Assembly (NCBI GenBank): GCA_951406725.2
Contig: OX597815.1
Location: 174,220,001 to 174,284,000 of the forward strand
DNA: 64,000 nt
Reading direction: 5' to 3'
From: Octopus vulgaris
Lineage: Eukaryota
The notes beneath the pieces were generated by a model that was not told the DNA's origin, did not search any database, and worked only from the letters and a program-made list of their open reading frames with translations. Position 1 is the stretch's first letter. Every line of letters begins with the position of its first letter. Below, one piece after another: positions 38,578-51,128 of this stretch. Position numbers and translations under genes: made by a program.

Positions 38578-41002
38578 AATACTCTGCATACCACTTCCAT
38601 CCAGGCCTACCTGATGCACCCGTTTCTCCTCTTTTTATGACCCTTGCTGTGTCTCACCTCTGCTACACCTTCAGTTATTTCATTTATGCAATCATTCCCC
38701 TCAACTAACTGGAATCCCTGACACCCATGTTTCTTCTAAATGTATCAAAGCTCAACTTGTCAAAGTCTAAACTGAACAGGAACCACATTCTGGGATGGCT
38801 TACAAAGATCATTGATGCTGTCATACTTATAACTAATAAACTTCGAAAATATAAATGAAAATAAAATGCACTGTTATTTTTTTAAAAATATTTTGAATTA
38901 GTTCTAACTTATGCAAACTACAAAACTGTATGTTATTGATTTTTCTTTTTAATAGTGAAATGTCAACTTTTATGATAAGGTGTCAACATTTTTAGAAACT
39001 GCTAGCAGTCATGCATGGGTCAACTATAAAGAGTTAAGATAAAAGAAACAGTTAATAAAAGAGCTTGAGAAAAACAGTAGAATTGATACCAAAAATAATT
39101 AAAATCCATTCATTTTAACGACATTAACTGTTATCTTAGTACAAAATATCTGGGCAACGTCACATGACAGTAATAGTACATAAAATGAAACGGCTACAAA
39201 AGAAATACTTCACAAAAGACAGCCAGCTGTAATTCTTTTTAATATAGCTCAAAAATTCTTCTCAGCATTAATGCAGGAACATATTATGAATGACTAGAAG
39301 ATGAAAGCTATTTATTCACTATATTACAATAAAACAATGAAAGATTTTTAGTAGAATTTCATTAAATATTTAACTAGTTTCAGTTAGCTTTCAGTATTCC
39401 ATTATAGCAAATTTTAAAAGTAAGTTGAAAAGCTTATATATGCAAGGAGTTTAATCTGATTTTCATTGTGAAATAAAAAAAAAACAAAAAAACAATGCAT
39501 ATTTGTAACCTAGAGAACAGAAACTTATTAACAAATAATGATAAACATTTTTTGTTTTACAAGATTTGAATCATTTGATTTATACCAAAATGGGCCATAA
39601 AGCATAAGGAAGAATGAACATCATTAGAATGTGTTAATTATTTTATTTTCATACCTGATTATTTTTGTATATCTCTAATAAAAAATATTCTTAACCTGGA
39701 AACTAAATCATTCACCACTATTTAGGCTTTTACTACCTTTAGCAGAGTCTTTTACAAACATTCAGATTAGATCTCTGGTGTATGTGTAGCTTTCTCCTGC
39801 AGCAACTCATGCATCATAATTTCATATCCTACCCATTTCTTACCATGTTTCTCAGGTGACCCTATAAGGGACATAGGTGTTATCCTTCTCTGTATAAGCC
39901 ATACCAATATTTACAATAAATAAATAAATTTTCATTGTTTTAATGCAATCCATAAATCCATGACAAGATTGATTAAATTTTTATTTCTTCATCAGTTATA
40001 TAAGTGGAGGAGGTGGCCTGAGTCAATTTGAAATTTCAACTCCAGAACAGTGAACTACTAGATCTTTCATTTAGCCTCCTTGCAATGCTATGATCAAGTT
40101 ACTAAAACAATAAGAATGCTAAATCAATTGAGTAATGTATTAAACATATGGTGGACACTGGTAGAAAAGTTTAACTCAAATAAAATATTTCATTTATTTT
40201 CTGTCTATATCTTATGGTTTACATCCAGTTCAAAAGCCTGTTACAATGATGAAATACACCAAACATAGCCATTGAGAAAGCCTCTATCTCATTGTTCACA
40301 GCACTGAAAATAATAGCCAGATTTCCTCAAATCACATTCTTATCATCTCAAGAGACATTAAACAACATAATCCTAAATAACTCTAAAAAGCCTGGATGGT
40401 GAAGGCCAGAATGCTTTTGATCATAGATCTGCTGAATTAGGGCTAACTTGGGGCTAAACAACAATATTTAGACTGCAAGGGAGCCTTTACAGATAGTTTG
40501 ACATGCTAAAATAGCAGCAGAATTTTCTTCAAATTACACTCTACCATCTAGAATAATGTAGTCCTAATATTGAATGTTTAAAAAAAGGATGGGATTAACA
40601 AGGCCTGAACACCTTTCACTATAAATCTAGTTAATCAGGACTGCCCTGGTGCTAACAATGACAACAACCTATCAATAAAACACAACCCCTCCTTATTTTG
40701 TGTGGTACCACACTGTAATATTATTTCCAACTGTCTGATTCACTGATATTACCTTCATTACAGGCCGAGATACTTTTCTCATTGGAGAGATGTACCAAAT
40801 TTTGAACAACTATTCAATGATGCAACTTTAAATTTACTATTCTATGTCAACTGTGTTAATAATTGCTTGAAATTCATGTAAACTACCCAGTCATTTAGTA
40901 ATTAGTAAGAATCAAATTTTCATATAAATGCTATTATTACATTTTGAATTGTGCAATGTTCAAATGAAATCTTTTTTATATCTATTTCTACAGATTTAAA
41001 AA

Positions 41003-41039
<37 letters not shown>

Positions 41040-41399
41040 TCATTGCTTCTTATTGGTTGGTTGTAAAATATTTCAATGTACGACAGTCTGATATCGTCTT
41101 TTCCTAGCATCTTTGACTTTTTTTTCTGACATTCTCCATAGGAAAATGTCATGAGTGGCACCAAATTATCTTCGTCATGACATGTATTTAAATATAATTA
41201 GATGGCAAATTTGTTCTTCATTCTCAGCATTTATTATCTAATTTTTAAGGCTGAAAGCAATTTTATATACAAAATGTAATATATACATATAATTAATTTT
41301 AATGATTTCCAAGTTATTTTAATGCCATTTATTAAATCTAAGTTACTGTTTAATAGTTTCAACTTCTTGAAATTTTATTTTATATTTCATTGGTTATTA

Positions 41400-42256
41400 T
41401 TGTGTTGAGTCAAAAGTTTTGCAATATTTTGGTTATTTATTTGCTTTATTCAAGTTACAACAAAAGCAGTCTAGAAGTCAAAGGTGAGGCCATCATGTTG
41501 CACTATTGAAGTCATCTTTCTGCCAGTTCTTTGACCCCTTGCTGATACCAGTTCTTGTCCTTCTAGGCAAAGAACTCCTTCACTGAAGCTTCCACCTCCT
41601 CTTGGCTAATGAAAAAGTGAGCCATGGATCAGAGCAAGTGACAGTCTGAAGGAGATAATTTTCTGCAATCTTAACATGCATATGCTGTGGTTAAGCAAGT
41701 GTTAGCTTCCAGAACCTATCACCAAACATGGATATTTCAAACACAGGGTGAGCTCTGCATCTGGTGGAATTATGAGGGGATAATTCACTATGAGTTCATT
41801 CCAGACAGGCAAACCATTAATACCAATCTGTACTCCAAACAGCTGCAGCAGATATATATACCATTGTGCAGCAAAAATACCTGGCATTGGTTAACAGAAA
41901 GCAAGCTCTACTGCAGCATGACAACACAAGACCTCCTACCACTCAAGCAACCCAAAATAAACTCCAGAAATTTCAAGGAATTGAATTGATGCTACACCCA
42001 GCATACAGTCCAGACCTAGCTCCTTCAGATTACTTGTTCTGATCTATGGCTCACATCCTGCACTCACAACACTTCACCAACCAAGAGGAGGTGAAAGCTT
42101 CAGTGAAGGGCAAGAACTGATATCGGTGTGGGATCAAAGAACTGGCAGAAGGCGGCTTCCAACAGAGCAACATAATGGCCTCTACTTTGAATGCATGGTT
42201 GCTTTTGTTGTAACTTGAAGTTACCAAAATATTGCAAAACTATTGATTCAGCATAA
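41400..42256 (+). mobile_element. Mariner derivative made of two inverted 3' ends
   Basis: TA-flanked TIRs; peptides LCIWWNYEGIIHYE and HPAYSPDLAPSDY; 41400-41655 is the reverse complement of about 42018-42256. Confidence 0.85.
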
Positions 42257-42351
42257 TATTTCTTTTATAAATTAGTTCAGATTGAATAATTGAATATCAT
42301 TGTTCTTATACTCTTCCTTTTTCATTTATCCAAATTACCAAACTATATTAG

Positions 42352-42543
42352 ACAAATCAAGGTATAAAGAATTTAATGGCTGATAAAGCAGCCGGGCTGT
42401 CTGCAAGTGACCCAGATTATGCCATCAGAGACTTACACAATGCAATTGAGAATAGTAATTTCCCTTCATGGACTCTGTACATTCAAGTGATGACATTTAA
42501 AGAAGCTGAAAACTTCCGATGGAACCCATTTGATTTAACTAAA
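42352..42543 (+). CDS. CAT: Catalase exon 7 (TNQGIKNL...WNPFDLTK)
   Basis: TTAG acceptor, AAA|GTAAGG donor; 192 nt. Confidence 0.98.
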
Positions 42544-42758
42544 GTAAGGAATTTTCTTTGCCTATATATCACTGTTTCTGAAAATTTCCTCCTGGAATAT
42601 TTTTTTTATTAATCTCTGAATTTATTTTTTACAAAGATTTTCTTCTGTTGAGAATACTAGTATGAGTCAGCTCTAAACTTTAGTTATATTAATGTTTATT
42701 TATTGAAAAAGACCATAAACAATACAATAAACTTTCATGTACAATTAAGTTCCATTAA

Positions 42759-42957
42759 CCCTTTAGCATTTAAACCGGCCATACCCAGCCAAAATATTCT
42801 ATGCATTTTATGTTCAAACAAACCAGATCCAGTTTCTCACACCTACCCTGCAATTTCATTCTAAAAATCTCAAAGCTACAAGATAATGCATGATTAATTC
42901 AAAGCCATGTGAATAAATAAGCATTACTTTTGATAGAATAATGTGAATGCTAAAAGG
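42759..42957. mobile_element. TTAA-type MITE family 2
   Basis: TTAA|CCCTTTAGCATT...AATGCTAAAAGG|TTAA. Confidence 0.82.
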
Positions 42958-43107
42958 TTAAAATATTTTCCAGTAGTTCTGCAGACCTGATTATCTGACA
43001 CATTTTTGTGTTTTGTCAATTTATTTTCACCTAAATACCATCACTGGTTGCCAACATTATTCCAGTGCTCCTAGTTTGTAACTTACATATCTACTTACTT
43101 ATCCATT

Positions 43108-43330
43108 GTGGAGGCTCATGGCCTATTGGTTAGAGTGTTGCACTCATGATCACAATATTATGGGTTCGATTCCCAGACTGAGTGGTGCATTGTGTTCTTG
43201 AGCAAAATACTTCATCTCAAGTTGCTCAGCAATCGCTCTGGCATTTGACATATAGCATGCCATGCACCTGTAAAGGTAAAACTGATTTGATGGAGGGAGT
43301 GAGCTTATGTGCAGCACAAACATTTAATCA
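43108..43330 (+). mobile_element. Family A-related SINE
   Basis: tRNA-like head plus TGTGTTCTTGAGCAAAATACTTCA. Confidence 0.65.
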
Positions 43331-43799
43331 CTACAAACAAATGATCTGTGCAGGTTGTTCAGGAAGAAATTGCAAAATCATATTTCCTGGATCAATAGAC
43401 TATCATTAAAATACTGTCCATACATGAGAGAAAATATATTTCAAAGTTATTAAGGGTAGCCAATGGTTACCCTTATTAACTTTGTGAAGTGTAAAAAGAA
43501 AGTATGTAATTTTCATATTGTACTGTGAAATTAAAATAGTAGAGTGCTTGAAAAGAGGTAAAATTCAGAACAATTGTGTGTGAATATAACATAGATCCTT
43601 AGACAATTTATGACATTAAGAAATAAAAGGACAAATTAATTTCTGTGTTTGGCTGATTCAGAGATAAGTAAAGATGTTGCTGTGCGGCAAAAACATCAAA
43701 GGTTTCAGAATTAGGTACAATGTTATTTCAATGATTTTGTGCAAATTGATCCAAGGGAATGCTATTAATTCTTTTGTTTTGTTTTCATGAATAATTTAG

Positions 43800-43952
43800 A
43801 TCTGGCCCCATAGTGAGTTTCCACTAATACCTGTTGGACGCATGGTTCTTGACACCAATCCCAAAAATTATTTTGCTGAAGTTGAACAGATTGCTTTCTC
43901 ACCTGCACATATGATTCCAGGAATTGAACCAAGCCCAGATAAAATGTTACAA
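43800..43952 (+). CDS. CAT: Catalase exon 8 ([13 protein letters not shown]...PSPDKMLQ)
   Basis: TTTAG acceptor, CAA|GTAAGT donor; 153 nt. Confidence 0.98.
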
Positions 43953-45292
43953 GTAAGTAGCCTCCATTAAGAAGATGCAACTTCTCTCAGAGAATTTTGA
44001 AGTGTTTTTTATGTCAAGCAAATAAAGAATAACCATATATATATATATATAACTTTGTCTTACTATGCTCCACTATTGTAAAAGAAAAAAGACCCAGTTT
44101 TTAGTGTTTAGAAAGCCAAAAGGATGCAATTACTACTTATTAACCATTTTCATAATGACCAGATATAGTTTCACTATTAAACCGCTATGATGTATATAGT
44201 TGCTGCATAAAGAAAGACTGAGAGTCCAGGGATAATTTATCTGAGACATGGGCAACCATTTTTGAGAAACAAGCTGCATGAGACATGACTTAGTATCAGC
44301 CAGGCCACGCTACTGAAACAATTCAAGGTAATTTTTTGTTGGCATGCCATTCAGAAAGTCCTGCAGGATGCAGCTTGCCCATAGCTGGTTTATACTTTCT
44401 TGTTATGTTGACTAAGAAAAACTGTATTATATGGTAATGATATTTTCCTATGGCGGTTTTAGTTTTAAACCTTAAACTTTCTCTTAGGTTATATTATTTT
44501 ATTTGGCTTTTCTCTGAGTAAGGTAGAATATAATGATTCAACGTCACTTATACTAAAGTGTTATCATTATACCTAAAACCCTAACTACAGTTATAACGTC
44601 ATAGAGACATATACGCATGAAACACTATGAATATTAACGACATGTATGTTAAATATTTTTTTGTGTCCTTTAAACTGCTATAAGAAAACATAATCAAGGA
44701 TTACAGAAATGCATACTTATTTATGCTCAGTTGAAAAATAAATGTGAAGAGAAACATTTTCTTTTAATTAGTTTTATTATATAAATATAACATTTTATAT
44801 TATTTACAGTAGGAAAGATAACTTTGTCGTGAAGAAGAACGACTATAATTTCATTAACTAATTTCTCAATTCTAGCTAATACATTAACCAACAAATCAAA
44901 ATAGACTTGTCATTAACTTAGACATGGCATAAAAATTACCAATGTCTCAAAAGAGTGAGTGTTGTGGAGTTCAGTGACATCCAACAAACACTGAAATTTT
45001 GCCCAAAATCCAGAGTTTTTATAGCTGCTCAACTTGACTAAAAAGAATCGAAATCCATGACAAATATTCTTTACAAAACTTTTAGAATCTTTATATGAGC
45101 AGTTATATTAACCAATAGAAAAAAAACGAAAATGATAATTCTTCGGCAAAGACATTACGTCATATTGCCAATTCGCGCCACATTTCAAAATGGCTAAAAT
45201 GGTTATTGCTACAATATTAAAAGAAGCTAGGAACAAAAATGATGTCATTCGCTTCCAACTGAGTTAATGTCAGAGAACAAGAATTCGTCTTA

Positions 45293-45421
45293 AAATAATA
45301 ATAATAATGAAATTATTGTATACAGTGCTCAGGTGCACCACAACTTGTCAAAAGTGCGTATAAAGCATATGCACTAATGTCTGGAAAGTGAACATTGTAT
45401 GAGTCAGATACATGCTTGCAT
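45293..45421 (-). mobile_element. 3' UTR and tail only of the CR1/L2-like family
   Basis: Matches 7613-7740. Confidence 0.8.
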
Positions 45422-46032
45422 CACTTGTCTTTAATTCTATTCTTTTTACATCTTTAGAAGACTGGATAAATTAACTGATTAAAGAGTAGTTTTTCAACAA
45501 CTATTTTATTTGCGATATGATAAGGACTAAATACTACTTGTATGGATAGCAATAACGTCAATCTTCCCCATTTTTTCATAATTACATTTCCAATGAAATA
45601 AAAATTACTTTTACAATACAAGACCAATATGTTTAAATTTTCTACTAAAATATGTTAACTTCATTAGTCTATATTTAAGAAAAGTAATTTAGTGGGAATA
45701 TATATGTTGATTGGATTTTTCAACATTTGTGTCATTATAACTAAATAACTAATTTCAAATGTTATGTGATGTATTTGGAATTTTCATTCTCCATTTACTA
45801 TATTTTGATCAAAGCCAAATTATATATGTATTCTTCTTTAATTTGATTATCTGCAATATTCTCTTATTTTCAATTTTTAAAAACAATTTATTCTATCATG
45901 TTTAAATTCATATAATGTGTGTGTGTGTATATATATATAGTTCTGTTTTATATATATATATCGTTCTGTTTTATTTAATTTTATATAAAATTATGTATGT
46001 AATTCAATACTTTTTTTATCACATCATTAAAG

Positions 46033-46171
46033 GGTCGCCTGTATTCCTACTCTGATACCCATCGGCATCGCTTAGGTTCTAACTATCTCCAGCTACCAGT
46101 CAATTGTCCTTTTAGAAGCCGTTTAGCCAACTATCAAAGGGACGGACCTCAGTGTGTAACTGACAACCAAG
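46033..46171 (+). CDS. CAT: Catalase exon 9 ([15 protein letters not shown]...GPQCVTDNQ), proximal heme Tyr
   Basis: Heme-ligand signature RLYSYSDTH; 139 nt. The frame-preserving 3' end is followed by non-canonical TTAAGT. Confidence 0.95.
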
Positions 46172-46244
46172 TTAAGTAATTTCATATCTTAACTAATATT
46201 ATTATTATCATTATTATTACTATTATTATTAATAAAAGAAATAA

Positions 46245-46460
46245 AGTGGCAAGCTAGCAGAATCGTCAGCATGCCGGGTGAAATGTTTAGTATTTCATCT
46301 GCCATTACGTTCTGAGTTCAAATTCCGCCAAGGTCAACTTTGCCTTTCATTCTTTCAGGGTCGATAAATTAAGTACCAGTTGCATACTGGGGTCAATGTG
46401 ATCAACTTTATCCCTTCCCCAAATTTGAGGCCTTGTGCTTCCAGTAGAAAGGATTATTAA
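46245..46460 (+). mobile_element. SINE family B
   Basis: Intact core motif. Confidence 0.85.
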
Positions 46461-47039
46461 TAAAAGAAATCACTATTATTATTATGACTATTTCAAGGGT
46501 TGTAGATTGACAGAATACTTTGTGGTATTTGTTCTGGCTCTTTACATTGTGAGTTCAAATCTTGCCATTGTCAACTTTGCCTTTCATCTCTCTGGGGTCC
46601 ATAAAATAAAGTACCAGCCAAGTACTCCTCTTAAGTCTGAAGTCTTATGTCTATGCTAGAAACAATTATTTTGACTATTGTGTGTGTGTGTGTGTTTAAG
46701 ATGTTTGTGATATGTGTGTAGAATATACAAATTTTATATTATCAATGTAGCTACTTATTATATGACAAGACAGTGTGCATAAATGGAAAGCTGAAAAATT
46801 AATGAAATGATTGATTTAGTAATTAAATGTAATGCCTAATTGAAAACCAATATTTGAAATGGGTTAAATTTGCAAACAGCTATTGAGGTGAAAAAAAACA
46901 CACTTTTATTTCAAAAATAATTAAAATGTGAATCAAATATAAATAAAATACTTTTGAGAAAAAAGCTTACTTGAAATTTGTAATACATCATAATCATTGT
47001 TCATTGATTCTGTCAAATGTCTCTTTAAAAAGTCATTAA

Positions 47040-47252
47040 GCCTTTAGCATTCAAATAACTCTGTCAAAGGCAATGCTTGTTTATTCACATTGTTTAGAAT
47101 TAATCATGTGTTATCTCATAGTTTCAAAATTTAGATGTGATTGTTCATTTTTATAATGACATTGTAGGTATGAGAGGCAAGATCTAAGCAATTTGGACGC
47201 AAAATGGGTTAGAATATTTAGGCCTGATATGGTCAGTTTAAATGCTAAAGGG
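47040..47252. mobile_element. TTAA-type MITE family 2
   Basis: Same orientation as the 33112 copy. Confidence 0.72.
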
Positions 47253-47630
47253 TCAGAGTTCTACCAGTAAGATGTTTTTAGAAGTTTCTAGATGGAGTCC
47301 ATTTTTCTCTAGCCTGAATCTTTGAGCCCTTTGATAATAGTAGATTTTTTATAGGGCTCCTAGATAATAAGATATAGATATTTATAAATAGCCTTCTATC
47401 TCAATATTAACAACTTAATAATAGCATTTCTCTTTTCTCCAAAGGCTGATTTATTAATTTATTTATGCCACACTATTGGCAAATAAACTCTGTTCGTTTT
47501 TTTTTTTTGTTTCAAGCCTAACAGATGGAGTGTGTAGGGTAAAATCAAAATTGAACTACCTTTCTGTTAAAATATGAAGACATTAGAAGGGAATGATGTT
47601 GACTGTCTCAACCAAAAAATATTAAGTACT

Positions 47631-48123
47631 TCCGAGACCTCTGAGATATGCTGTGACTGTGAAGACCTGACAAATGAAGTGAGTTCATGGCTAACCTTGG
47701 ATTGTAGAGTGACCTGCTGTTCTTGAGGAGACCTATTGAGTCAAGTACACCAACACCAACATCAAAATAAAAATCAAATGGAAATTGTAGTTAAGATACC
47801 CATGCCAGTGACACGTAAAAAGCACCATCCGAATGTGGCTGATGCCAGCGCCACCTTACTGGCGTCCTTGTCGGTGACACGTAAAAAGCACCAACCAATC
47901 ATGGCTGTTTGCCAGCCTCGTCTGGCCTCTGCGCCGGTGGCATGTAAAAAGCACCCACTACACTCACAGAGTGGTTGACATTAAGAAGGGCATCCAGCTG
48001 TAGAAACACTGCCAGATCAGACTGGAGCCTGGTGCAGCTTCCTGGCTTCCCAGACCCCAGTCGGACTGTCCAACCCATGCTAGCATGGAAAACGGACATT
48101 AAACGATGATGATGATGATGATG
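47631..48123 (+). mobile_element. 5'-truncated copy of the RTE family at 19840
   Basis: Starts in the last ORF codons (matches 20240-20292); has tandem UTR units and a (GAT)n tail. Confidence 0.85.
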
Positions 48124-48606
48124 CTTGACTTGAATGATCTAATGAGGATCTTATGTTTTTCTGGTGTACATTATAATTATAGTTATGAAAGAAACTTGTG
48201 TATGTGTGTGTATTTGTATCTCCTTTTCTTGACATTGTGTGATTGTTATAAATAAATGTCAGTTGTTTCCAATAAGTCTATGAGAACATATCTATGGGGA
48301 AATATTACCTTACTTGGAAACAGGTAAGAGTTAGCAAAAGGGAGGACATCTTGTCATAGAAAATCTCAGTAAGCTCCACTTAAGGCATGCAAGCATGGAA
48401 AAGTGGACATTAAAACAATGAGGATGATGGTGGATTGTCTTAATGTAATCTGTTCACTTCATCTCAATTAAAATCAGTTCTAAGTACACTGATATGTGTT
48501 CTATTGTACACACTGTAGTTTTCAGTAAATGTTTCTACAGACAAAGCTTTAAAACTTAATTTACAATATTTATATATGAAAATCAATTCATTGTTTATTT
48601 ACACAG

Positions 48607-48758
48607 GAGGAACTCCCAATTATTACCCTAACAGTTTTTCTGGCCCTGTTGATGATATTCAATACGTGGAGAAGCCATTTTTAGCGTCTGGAGATGTTCA
48701 GCGTTACAATACTCAAGACACTGACAACTATTCTCAAGTTGGAACATTTTGGCTGAAG
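48607..48758 (+). CDS. CAT: Catalase exon 10 (GGTPNYYPNSFSGP...QVGTFWLK)
   Basis: ACACAG acceptor (phase 1), AAG|GTTAGT donor; 152 nt. Confidence 0.96.
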
Positions 48759-50632
48759 GTTAGTCACATATATATTAAAGAAAATAGCAAAATAAAAACA
48801 ATGAAATTAAAATATTATAGTACATACGCTAAGATAATACCACTAATTTTAGGTTTCCATAGAGTGAAGTAGAAATTATTAATTCAAACTACTTATAAAC
48901 AAAGTATAAACAAGGTGGTATGATAATTGTCAAAACAAAAATGTTTCTTCAAATTTAAGTTTTGTTTGTATAGAGCTATTGGTTTAAAGTTGGTTATCTT
49001 ATCATTGTTATCTCTAATATGGATCTAGATTGTTTGAAATAACACCAGAAAAAAAATTAGAGCACTTGATGTTTGTTTATTTAATTATCTATTTATTTGT
49101 TTATTTTGTTTATTGTCTCAGAGACATTAAACTGGGACTAGAAAATGACTTGAAATTAAGGATGGCAGTAACTGACTGCAAAAAAAAAGAAAAAAACGCT
49201 AATGGCAGTGTAAATATGCTGTAAAAGCTAATGAGAACTGGGTGAATAAATGTCACAGTGGCATGAGTTAACAGAAACAGAGGTGAAGTAATAAATATTT
49301 ATAACAAGCATATTAAGGCTGACCCAAAAAACAGCTAAAGAGAACTGACCTTCAATGAAGCAATGTGAAGAAATGCTATCACTCATACTTGTCTAGACCA
49401 TGACAGCTAAAAAGGATAATTGTCATCGTCATCATCATAATCATCATCAACTTCATCATCTTCATCATCATCCATTTTAGAGTCATCTTCTATGTTGGCA
49501 GGCATTGGATTTCCATTTACATTTTTAATATTTTACTTTTTATCTCTGCTTGCATCAATGAGTGGCTTCTGCAAATACATTTTTTCCCCTTATGAATTGG
49601 TAAAGGACAAACTTTAAAGCTGGATTTCTTTCATAAATGCCAATCTTTGGCTTTACATAAGAATTTTATCTATTTTCCAGTTACATTGCTTAAGACAAGG
49701 AAATAAGGAAATACCTTTTGCAGAGTTTGAGTTATGACCTTTAGTACATTAGTCCAGCATTTGAACAATTTAATAATTTGATTATGATTATAATATTTCT
49801 GAACTTAAAATTACCACTGATACTGAGTACACATTCTTTACTAATAACTGGTGACAAATGAATTGTTTTGATGGAATTTGAGCTCAGGCTCTTTCTAGTC
49901 TCGGTTCAAATTTCACAGAGGATCAACTTTGCCTTTCATCCTTTCAAAATCAATAAAATCTGTACCAGTTGAGGAATGGGGTCATTGTAATTGACTAACC
50001 TCCTTTCTCTGAAATTTCAGGCCATGTACCTATGGTATAGAGAATTATTATTAAAAATAGCCAAAGTTTCATAAATTTCTTTCAACCACAATTAATGCTA
50101 TTCATTATACAAGGGCAGCATATTGGCTGAATCATTAGAACATCACACTATATTTCTTCCAGCTCTATATGTCCTGAGTTAAATCTTGCCAAAGTCAACT
50201 TTGCCTTTCATTTATTTATCTACTTTATTTTGGCCAATAAAATAGAGTACCAACCAAATACTGAGAGTGCTTTAATTGGCTAATGTCACCTGCACTGAAA
50301 AAGAAAAAAAATTGTAGCCCTGTGCCTTCATTAGGAACAGTTCTGCTATGACTTCTGATTACAGAAATAAATGAACTTACCAAAGGAGCAAAGCTGGAAA
50401 CTGATAAAGCACTAATATTTTTTGTAAGCTATATTAGTATCCTTAGTACAATATATAATCTCACTCACTACGGATATCTCTTTCAGGATTAAGTTATTAT
50501 TTAAAGACTAAGCAAAGTTATGGTCTTTGAGTTCCAGAGTACAAAGATACAAGCTTAGAAAAATCTTGACCACCTAACAACATGATTCTTTACAGAATAT
50601 GGGATTCATTGTGTTACTGCTTCAAGCACTTC

Positions 50633-50752
50633 TATTCATTCATTCGTTTGTTCGTTCGTTCATTCATTCATTCATACATACATACATACATACATACATA
50701 CATACATACATACATACATACATACATACATGCATGTTCACGTGTGTGTGTG
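50633..50752. repeat. (ATTC)n/(ATAC)n microsatellite
   Basis: Directly visible. Confidence 0.92.
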
Positions 50753-50759
50753 TCCTTTA

Positions 50760-50965
50760 GCTTTTATCTTTTACTTGTTTCAGTCATTGGACTGCAACCA
50801 TGCTGGGGCACCCCCATAAAGACATTTTGTCAATCAAATTGATACCAGTACTTATCTTTTTGAGTCTGGTACTTATTCTATCAGTCTTTTTGCCAAACCC
50901 CTAAGTTACAAGGATGTAAACACGTCAACATCAACCAGTAGTGGGGGACAAGCACAGATACAAAG

Positions 50966-51011
<46 letters not shown>

Positions 51012-51128
51012 CTGCCAACAAGGCTTTGGTCAGCTCAAGGCTTTAGTAAGAGAAACTTGCCCAAGGTGCCATGCAGTGGGACAGAACCTGGAACCATGTG
51101 ACGGAGAAGCAAATTTTTTACCACACAT
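50760..51128 (-). mobile_element. CORE-type SINE family C (diverged)
   Basis: Reverse match, including ACTTGCCCAAGGTGCCA. Confidence 0.75.

Noticed and set aside
46154-46159. Canonical phase-1 GT donor inside exon 9
   Set aside because: Joining it to exon 10 creates TGA and removes conserved residues
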